Assembly: GCA_963731735.1 (NCBI GenBank)
Contig: CAVSWO010000002.1
Coordinates: 270,106 to 334,105, forward strand
Origin: Candidatus Kerfeldbacteria bacterium
GTDB lineage: Bacteria > Patescibacteriota > Patescibacteriia > SBBC01 > CAIJZX01
Direction of reading: 5' to 3'
DNA length: 64,000 nucleotides
How positions within the stretch are numbered: the first letter of the stretch is position 1; each line of letters begins with the position of its first letter. Positions 57,363-64,000 of this stretch are shown here, in pieces. A program made the translations under genes and the position numbers. The notes beneath the pieces are model-generated. The model was not told where the DNA came from and ran no database searches. It worked only from the letters and a program-made list of their open reading frames with translations.

Positions 57363-57857
57363 ATGGGCATTGAGCAGCTTTCTACCATCGTCAGCGGTAT
57401 ATTAATCATTGGCGGGTTAATCGCCATTGCCTTGCCGTTTGCGCCTTCGATTCCCAGCATTTGGTTCGGGATTTTTTTGTATGGTATCAGCCGCGGCTTC
57501 ACCGAGGTCGACTCGCAATTCATGGTTATGATTACCGGCATCGCGATTGCCACCTTGGTACTTGATTACACGCTGAGTCGCAGCGGCGTCCAACGGCTGA
57601 CGGCTGGGCCCTGGGGGGTGTTCGGAGCGGTGGTCGGAGGATTGGTCGGCGCGTTGTTTAATCCCATTATGACCTATGTGGTCGGGCCAATTTTGGGCGG
57701 TATCGTTTTTGAAATGCTGCGCGGCCGTGATCGAGTATTCAGTTATCAGTCCGGAAAATACACGATTGTAGCCTTCATGGGCGGAACTATAGTAAAATTA
57801 GTGGCGTCTATTATCATGATTGGCTTGTTCGTCCTTCGACTTCAGGGACGGGTGTAA
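57363..57857 (+). CDS. DUF456-family membrane protein
   Basis: Gly-rich TM helices WGVFGAVVGGLVG..GPILGG. Confidence 0.75.
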   Translation: MGIEQLSTIVSGILIIGGLIAIALPFAPSIPSIWFGIFLYGISRGFTEVDSQFMVMITGIAIATLVLDYTLSRSGVQRLTAGPWGVFGAVVGGLVGALFNPIMTYVVGPILGGIVFEMLRGRDRVFSYQSGKYTIVAFMGGTIVKLVASIIMIGLFVLRLQGRV

Positions 57858-57866
57858 TTCTTCTCT

Positions 57867-60506
57867 ATGTATCTCGCGCGCCTCGCAATTCAAGGGTTTA
57901 AATCGTTCGCCCATAACGCGCAACTTGATTTCCAAGCTGGCATTACGGCCATTGTCGGGCCAAACGGTTCCGGCAAATCAAATGTGGCGGAAGCCATTCG
58001 CTGGGCCCTGGGCGAACAAAGCGCCAAAGCCGTCCGCGCCAAGCGGAGTGATGATGTGATTTTCGCCGGTTCGGATAAAAAATCCCGGCTGGGGGTAGCC
58101 GAAGTCGCCCTGCATTTGAATAATGAGGATCAGCGCGCGCCAGTACCGTACAGCGAATTGGTGCTCACCCGCCGCGTCTATCGAGACGGAGAGGGTGAAT
58201 ACCTGATCAATCATCAACCGTCTCGACTCCAGGATATTCAGCTCCTGCTGGCCCAGGCCAACTTTGGCCAACGCACGTATTCGGTCATCGGCCAGGGCAT
58301 GATCGATTCTTTTTTGCTTTCGAGTCCGCAAGAACGGAAGCATCTATTTGATGAGGCGGCCGGGGTCCGTCAATTCCAGCTCAAGAAGGAGCAGGCGATC
58401 TCAAAGCTCTCACACGCCAAGGAAAACCTGGCACAAGGTGAAGCAGTGATGGCCGAGATTGAACCGCGCCTTCGAAGTTTGACGCGACAAGTCAAACGTC
58501 TCGAACGGCGTGAAGAGGTTGAAAAAGAGCTTCAGGAAAAGCAACGCCTAGCGTTTGGATTACAATGGCAAACGCTTGACCATGAATTGCAAACGCTCCG
58601 TGATCAATTTACCGCCAGCGAAAAGCGTCGCCAAGAAATTGAGCATGAAACCCAAGCCATTCAAACCGAGTTAGAGACGATCGAACGTGAGCGTACGGGC
58701 TCCGAGGTTTTCGCGGAATTGCAGCAACGGTACAATAAAATTTTGGATCAAAAAAATGCCCAGGTGCAGGAACAGTCCGTCATCAAGGGAAAGCTGGAGT
58801 TAGCTATGAATGCGGCCGGTCAAGGCCAGACCGCCTTTCACCACCAACGCCTGCAGGAAATTAAACGCGGCTTGGGTCAGGTGATCGATGAGCTTGAACA
58901 GGTTACCCAAACCGAACACCGGGCCAGTGCCCAACTCCAACGCGAGCAAGAAGCAAAGCACCAATTGGACGAAGCTTTTCAGGGGCTGGAGGCCAAGCTG
59001 GCCGACATCAAGACGCCCCAGCCGGAAGTACTCAAGCGCCTCGGCCAGCGTTTTTCCGAATGGCACGAACGCCTGCAAGAATTACGCGAAGCCTTGGCGA
59101 TTGATCAGCCCGACTTGGAAGACGTCCGGCGGTCGGCCGCGCGCCTGGAAGATGAGGTCGAGGAGCTAGCCGGAGATATTGAACAGTTGCAGCCGGAAGG
59201 TTTGGATGTAGTTGGTTTTCAAAAATCATTGATACAACTCAGCCAGCAACAGCAACAGGCGGTTGAACGCGTGGCGGCCAGTCAGGCCGAACTCCAGCGC
59301 GCCCTTGATCAACGGCAGCGTCTTGAAGCCGACCAACACCGGCAACAAGCCGAGCTGGAAAAACTCGAACAGGAAGCTTCGCTGGATGAATTGGCAAAAA
59401 CAAATCCGGATGAAGCCTATGCGGCCTTAGCCAATCAAGCCAAGGTCATTGAAAAAAATATTTCTGACTTGGACCAGGCACTGGCCGAGGCCCGGAATCA
59501 GATAAATAATTTCAATTCCCAGGAAACGACCAAGAAGGATCGATTGTTTACTCTCCAAAAGTCGTTTCGGGATGCGCAACGCCAGCTCAATCTGGCCACC
59601 AGCAGCGCCAATGATTTACGGGTCGAGTTGGCCAAGGTTGAACAACGGGGCGAGGATTTAAAACGGGAGATTACTCAGGCTATGGGTGCCGAGGGGGTGG
59701 CAATGGTGACCATGGCGGCCAAAGAACAGCTGGCTGGCGATCCGGTCATGCTGGCTGAAGACATCGGGCACCTGCGGCGGCAGTTACAACTGATCGGCGG
59801 CATCGATGATCAAACCACTCACGAATATAAAGAGACGCAGGAGCGCTGGGATTTCTTGAGTAACCAGGCCGATGATTTGCGTCGGGCGATTCAATCGCTT
59901 GAGTCCGCCATCCACGATCTCGAGTCAACGATCAAACAGCGTTTTGATAAAGCCTTCAAAAAAATCAATCAAGAGTTTCACCAGTACTTCCGAACGCTGT
60001 TCAGCGGCGGTAAGGCGGAACTGGTGCTGCTGCAAGAAGTTGTGCAGCCTGAATCGGCTGATCAAGATGATCAGGACGAGGATGATGAAGAAGAACCGGT
60101 GTCCGCCCGCTCAGCTCACGCCGGCGAAAAGGTGATTACCGGAATTGAAATTCGGGCTACCCCGCCCGGGAAAAAGCTCCAAAGCATTGCGATGCTGTCC
60201 GGCGGTGAAAAGGCCTTAACCTCGATTGCGCTCCTGTGCGCAATAATATCCAACAATCCGTCGCCGTTTGTGGTGCTGGATGAGGTCGACGCGGCGTTAG
60301 ACGAGGCCAACAGCCAGCGCTTTGCGGCCATTCTCGAGCACTTGGCCAAGAAAACCCAGTTTATCGTCATCACCCACAACCGAGCCACCATGGAAAAGGC
60401 AAAAATCCTCTACGGCGTAACCATGGGTGATGATGGCGCATCGCAGGTCCTGTCGGTCAAAATGGAAGACGCGGAAGCCATTATCCAGCAGCACGGGAAT
60501 CGGTAG
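57867..60506 (+). CDS. smc: SMC-family chromosome segregation ATPase (short, no recognisable hinge)
   Basis: GFKSF, GPNGSGKSN, IGQG, LSGGEK, VLDEVDAALD, VITH. Confidence 0.9.
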   Translation: MYLARLAIQGFKSFAHNAQLDFQAGITAIVGPNGSGKSNVAEAIRWALGEQSAKAVRAKRSDDVIFAGSDKKSRLGVAEVALHLNNEDQRAPVPYSELVLTRRVYRDGEGEYLINHQPSRLQDIQLLLAQANFGQRTYSVIGQGMIDSFLLSSPQERKHLFDEAAGVRQFQLKKEQAISKLSHAKENLAQGEAVMAEIEPRLRSLTRQVKRLERREEVEKELQEKQRLAFGLQWQTLDHELQTLRDQFTASEKRRQEIEHETQAIQTELETIERERTGSEVFAELQQRYNKILDQKNAQVQEQSVIKGKLELAMNAAGQGQTAFHHQRLQEIKRGLGQVIDELEQVTQTEHRASAQLQREQEAKHQLDEAFQGLEAKLADIKTPQPEVLKRLGQRFSEWHERLQELREALAIDQPDLEDVRRSAARLEDEVEELAGDIEQLQPEGLDVVGFQKSLIQLSQQQQQAVERVAASQAELQRALDQRQRLEADQHRQQAELEKLEQEASLDELAKTNPDEAYAALANQAKVIEKNISDLDQALAEARNQINNFNSQETTKKDRLFTLQKSFRDAQRQLNLATSSANDLRVELAKVEQRGEDLKREITQAMGAEGVAMVTMAAKEQLAGDPVMLAEDIGHLRRQLQLIGGIDDQTTHEYKETQERWDFLSNQADDLRRAIQSLESAIHDLESTIKQRFDKAFKKINQEFHQYFRTLFSGGKAELVLLQEVVQPESADQDDQDEDDEEEPVSARSAHAGEKVITGIEIRATPPGKKLQSIAMLSGGEKALTSIALLCAIISNNPSPFVVLDEVDAALDEANSQRFAAILEHLAKKTQFIVITHNRATMEKAKILYGVTMGDDGASQVLSVKMEDAEAIIQQHGNR

Positions 60507-60546
60507 ATCCCTCAGGGTGCCACAACTCTCAGTATTGCGGTTGCGC

Positions 60547-61821
60547 CTATTTTTGATTGCCTGCGACTGGAGCAACCGGCGCAGCCGCATCATTGCCGGT
60601 TTTTCCCGGTATCGGATCGTCGTCTTCCGTCTCACCGGCAGTAACGCGCAAGACTTCTTCAACGCTGGTCACCCCTTTGCGGGCCTTGAGTATGCCATCT
60701 TCGCGCAAGGTGCGCATTTTCAACGTTTGGGTAGCGTAGGTATGAATATCCAGATAGCTGGCTCCGTCGGTAATCATTTCGCGGATTTTTTTATCGGGTA
60801 CGAGGAGCTCAAAAATTCCGGTTCGGCCAAGGTATCCGGTATAGCCGCAAACTTCACAGCCGACTCCTTTCTTGAGACGGACCGTTTCGCTGACCGGAAT
60901 GCCGAGTTGTTGCTTGAGCGGAATTGAGGCTTCATATTCTTCGGCGCAAGTCGTGCACAGAACCCGAATCAAGCGCTGCGCCATGACACCAATCGTAGCC
61001 GAGCCAATCAGCACTCGCTCAACGCCCATATCAACCAGTCGGGTAATGGCGCCAACCGAGTCGTTGGTGTGGAGTGTCGTTAAAACCAAATGCCCGGTTA
61101 AGGCCGCTCGTACGGAGATGCTGGCGGTTTCGGTATCACGGACTTCGCCGAGTAGGATAATGTCCGGGTCTTGGCGCAGTAGTGATCGGAGGCCGGCCGC
61201 AAAGTCTAGTCCTGCGTCTGGATCGACCTGCGTTTGGCGAATGAGGGGAAGTTGGTATTCAATCGGATCTTCCAGGGTCACGATATCCTTATCGGCGGTG
61301 TTGATCGTATTCAGCGTCGCGTACAGGGTGGTCGTTTTTCCGGAACCATTCGGGCCGGTCACAAACATGATGCCGTAGGGTTGATGGATAAGCTGATTAT
61401 ACTGCTCTAAAATATCCGGCTCGAATCCGAGCGAAGGGAGACCAAGCAAAATGTTGGTTTTGTTCAAAATTCGCAAGGTCACGTTCTCGCCGTAGATGGT
61501 CGGGAAAATTGATACTCGAATGTCGAGCTGTTTATTGTCGGTTTCGATTTGGAAACGCCCGTCCTGGGGTTTGCGACGTTCGGCAATGTTGAGATTCGAC
61601 AGGACTTTAATTCGGGCTACCAACGGTTCGTGCAAACTAATCGGGTGAGTTTCCACTTCACGCAATACCCCGTCAATCCGGAATCGAATGCGGATTAAAT
61701 CATTCTCCGGCTCGATATGGATGTCCGAAGCATTATTCAAAACCGCCAAACGAATCAGGTTGGTAACCAGCTTGACGATGATGCCTTCGGAGGACTCTGT
61801 CTGTTCGTTTTTCTTGGCCAT
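60547..61821 (-). CDS. GspE/PilB-family pilus assembly ATPase (no N-terminal extension)
   Basis: ASDIHIEP, PQDGR, GPNGSGKTT, LRQDPD, TGHLV, tetra-Cys motif. Confidence 0.93.
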   Translation of the reverse strand: MAKKNEQTESSEGIIVKLVTNLIRLAVLNNASDIHIEPENDLIRIRFRIDGVLREVETHPISLHEPLVARIKVLSNLNIAERRKPQDGRFQIETDNKQLDIRVSIFPTIYGENVTLRILNKTNILLGLPSLGFEPDILEQYNQLIHQPYGIMFVTGPNGSGKTTTLYATLNTINTADKDIVTLEDPIEYQLPLIRQTQVDPDAGLDFAAGLRSLLRQDPDIILLGEVRDTETASISVRAALTGHLVLTTLHTNDSVGAITRLVDMGVERVLIGSATIGVMAQRLIRVLCTTCAEEYEASIPLKQQLGIPVSETVRLKKGVGCEVCGYTGYLGRTGIFELLVPDKKIREMITDGASYLDIHTYATQTLKMRTLREDGILKARKGVTSVEEVLRVTAGETEDDDPIPGKTGNDAAAPVAPVAGNQK

Positions 61822-61962
61822 GTTTGCCGCTTCAGTATACCAGGTTTGCTGGCGGCTCACCACTCTATTTTTCACCTCAGGGTAGCAGTCAGGCCGAGGT
61901 CCGGATATTTGACACGGTCACCTGTCCGTGGTACCGTGGCCGAGCTAATATATTTCACGCTT

Positions 61963-62364
61963 ATGGTTGTTATTCGTCTCGCTCGCTTCGGCAAGAAAAG
62001 CCATCCGACCTTCCGGGTCATTGTTTCCGATAAACAGAAAGACACGAAAGGAACCTATCTGGAACAGCTCGGAACCTATAATCCACACACCCAGCCAGCC
62101 GCTTTGGATCTGAAGGAAGATCGCGTCAAGTACTGGTTGTCCGTTGGTGCTCAGCCATCCGATACCGTTCATAACTTGCTGGTAGAAAAAGGCTTGATCC
62201 AGGCTGACAAGCGCGTGATTGTTAAAGCGAAACCGGCGGCACCTGCCGAAGGTGAGGCCGCGCCAGCGTCAGAAACCCCGACGCCGGCCGAGCCAAAAGC
62301 TGAAACTTCCGCGCCGGAAGCGTCGCCGGAAAAGGCGGCCGTTGAATCCGAGAAATCGGCTTAA
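61963..62364 (+). CDS. rpsP: 30S ribosomal protein S16 with Ala/Pro/Glu-rich tail
   Basis: MVVIRLARFGKK, LGTYNP, WLSVGAQPSDTV. Confidence 0.96.
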   Translation: MVVIRLARFGKKSHPTFRVIVSDKQKDTKGTYLEQLGTYNPHTQPAALDLKEDRVKYWLSVGAQPSDTVHNLLVEKGLIQADKRVIVKAKPAAPAEGEAAPASETPTPAEPKAETSAPEASPEKAAVESEKSA

Positions 62365-62532
62365 CCTCAATTCCACTCCAACCCGCCGAGCCTGGCTTCG
62401 GCGGGTTGCTTGTTGGGCGGAAAACTAGAGTTGACACCGCTAATAGCAATGCTATGCTAGCGGCGTACCGCAATTGATCGACTTCCCTTGTCGAGTTGTC
62501 CGATCGAGCGGGATCATTCACAAAGAAACGTT

Positions 62533-62871
62533 ATGGAGAACGATCAAGCATTTGTTGAATACGTTGTGAAAGCCATGGTCGATCGGCCGGAAGACGTCTC
62601 AACGGACCGAACGGTTGACGAAATGGGCGTGCTGATCACCCTCAAGGTGAATCCGCAAGACCTCGGCCAAATCATCGGCCGCCAAGGCCAAACGGCCAAA
62701 GCGCTCCGGACCTTGCTCCGCGTTGTCGGTGCCAAGCACCACGCGCGAGTCAACCTCAAGATTTACGAACCGGAAGGGTATCGTAAGCACGGTGGAGATC
62801 GACCGATGGAACAGCCCCAGGCAGAAGCCCCGGCTGAAAACATTCCGGACGCCGACGAGCTGAAGATCTAA
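62533..62871 (+). CDS. khpA: KH-domain RNA-binding protein
   Basis: DLGQIIGRQGQTAKALRTLL, follows rpsP. Confidence 0.9.
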   Translation: MENDQAFVEYVVKAMVDRPEDVSTDRTVDEMGVLITLKVNPQDLGQIIGRQGQTAKALRTLLRVVGAKHHARVNLKIYEPEGYRKHGGDRPMEQPQAEAPAENIPDADELKI

Positions 62872-62890
62872 ACTCGAATTCAAATCCATT

Positions 62891-62979
62891 AACCATGTCA
62901 TTCGCGAATGACATGGTTTTTGGTATACTGCTGGCATGCGTTTCGACTTCTCCGGCGAAGCCGGATCCGGCTTCGCCGG
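62891..62979. repeat. Two perfect 28-bp palindromes (62891-62918, 62952-62979)
   Basis: AACCATGTCATTCGCGAATGACATGGTT and CCGGCGAAGCCGGATCCGGCTTCGCCGG. Confidence 0.85.
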
Positions 62980-62996
62980 GCTTACACTGATATACA

Positions 62997-63644
62997 ATGG
63001 TGCGTTTTGATTTCTTAACAATATTTCCAGAAATATTTACCTCGTATCTCAACGAGAGTATTTTGCGGCGAGCGCAAAAAAAGAAAAAAGTGTCTTTTTA
63101 TTTCCATGACCTCCGAGATTTTACCACTGACAAACATCGCACCGTTGATGACCGAACATATGGCGGCGGGGTGGGTATGCTTATGAAGGTAGAACCAATC
63201 TTTACAGCGCTAAAAGCGCTTCCAAAAAATAAACGGCGCCGGGTGCTGTTAATGTCGGCCAAGGGGAAGACCTTTACGCAGGCAGATGCCAAACGACTCT
63301 CGAAATATACACAGATGGTAATTGTTTGTCCGCGCTACGAAGGGGTTGACGAACGGGTATTGAACTATGTCGATGAAGAGGTTTCGATTGGGAACTACGT
63401 GCTGACCGGCGGGGAATTGCCAGCCATGGTGGTGGCCGATGCGATTACCCGATTACTCCCGGGCGTCCTGGGAAAAGACGAATCGTCGGTGGATGAATCG
63501 CATACACAAGCTGGGGTAGTTGAGTATCCGCAATATACGCGGCCGGAAGTCTTCAAGCACAAGCGTGTCCCGAAAGATTTGCTTAGTGGTAACCATAAAA
63601 ACATCGCCACCTGGCGAAAAAGAATGAAACGTTATCGATCATGA
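62997..63644 (+). CDS. trmD: tRNA (guanine-N1)-methyltransferase
   Basis: VDDRTYGGGVGM, RYEGVDER, SIGNYVLTGGE, EYPQYTRP. Confidence 0.97.
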   Translation: MVRFDFLTIFPEIFTSYLNESILRRAQKKKKVSFYFHDLRDFTTDKHRTVDDRTYGGGVGMLMKVEPIFTALKALPKNKRRRVLLMSAKGKTFTQADAKRLSKYTQMVIVCPRYEGVDERVLNYVDEEVSIGNYVLTGGELPAMVVADAITRLLPGVLGKDESSVDESHTQAGVVEYPQYTRPEVFKHKRVPKDLLSGNHKNIATWRKRMKRYRS

Positions 63645-64000
63645 ATACAGAAATTGAAGCTAAATGGCTCGACATTGATTCAAAAAAATTTCGTGAAAAA
63701 TTAAACGAAGTTGGCGCCACTCTTGTCCATGCAGAAGTTTTAATGCGAAGAAAGAACTTTGATTATCCGGATAAGAGGCTAATGAAAGTTGGTGGGTGGA
63801 TACGTGTTCGAGATGAAGGTGATAAAATAACACTAAGCTATAAACAGCTTAATGACCGTTCTTTGCATGGCACTCAAGAGGTTGAAGTGACCGTTGATAA
63901 TTTCAATCGTACTTGCGAGCTACTCACTGATATAGGACTTGAGGCCTATACCTATCAGGAAACGAAGCGAGAGTCTTGGGAGTTGAGCGGCGCGGATATT
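63641..64000 (+). CDS. CYTH-domain (class IV adenylate cyclase-like) protein, 3' end outside window
   Basis: Manual translation MNTEIEAKW..WIRVRDEGDKITLSYK..EVEV..QETKRESW shows the ExExK motif. Confidence 0.85.
   Translation, partial: MNTEIEAKWLDIDSKKFREKLNEVGATLVHAEVLMRRKNFDYPDKRLMKVGGWIRVRDEGDKITLSYKQLNDRSLHGTQEVEVTVDNFNRTCELLTDIGLEAYTYQETKRESWELSGADI

Noticed and set aside
1-64000. Alternative genetic code (TGA as Gly), diversity-generating retroelement or retron
   Set aside because: Core genes such as infB, nusB and trmD end properly at TGA, and no reverse transcriptase gene is present in the window.

Overview
The window looks like a Patescibacteria (CPR, Parcubacteria-like) chromosome segment. 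This is inferred from compact housekeeping operons, Asn/Thr-rich membrane proteins, tRNA-Ile(UAU) and a short SMC. The backbone carries infB-rbfA, nrnA, clpP, rny-ymdB-hup, rplS, ftsH, rpsA, gyrA, rpmF-nusB-rnc-smc, rpsP-khpA-trmD, ten intact tRNA genes, parS-like sites and a 6S-like RNA. The main discovery is a non-canonical integron-like system. A 273-aa tyrosine recombinase that lacks the IntI-specific insertion sits divergent from a palindromic attI-like site and an 11-cassette array (12.2-22.5 kb) between rbfA and nrnA. A second array of 4 cassettes with no integrase lies 40 kb away, behind gyrA, and starts with an identical 55-bp attI-like site. The attC-like sites have the form AAC-A-GCGCGTA...TACGCGC-AAAC-GTT. 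Each cassette has its own terminal inverted repeats of about 18-65 bp, two attC sites hold a whole gene in their loop, and several hold a sigma70-like promoter. Excised cassettes would therefore be dumbbell-shaped ssDNA circles able to carry cargo in both loops. Other oddities are tRNA copies interrupted in the D-loop by a shared hairpin element (one with a complete tRNA nested inside), a hinge-less SMC, and enzymes with altered active sites. All calls were made by eye without database searches; coordinates may be off by a few bases.
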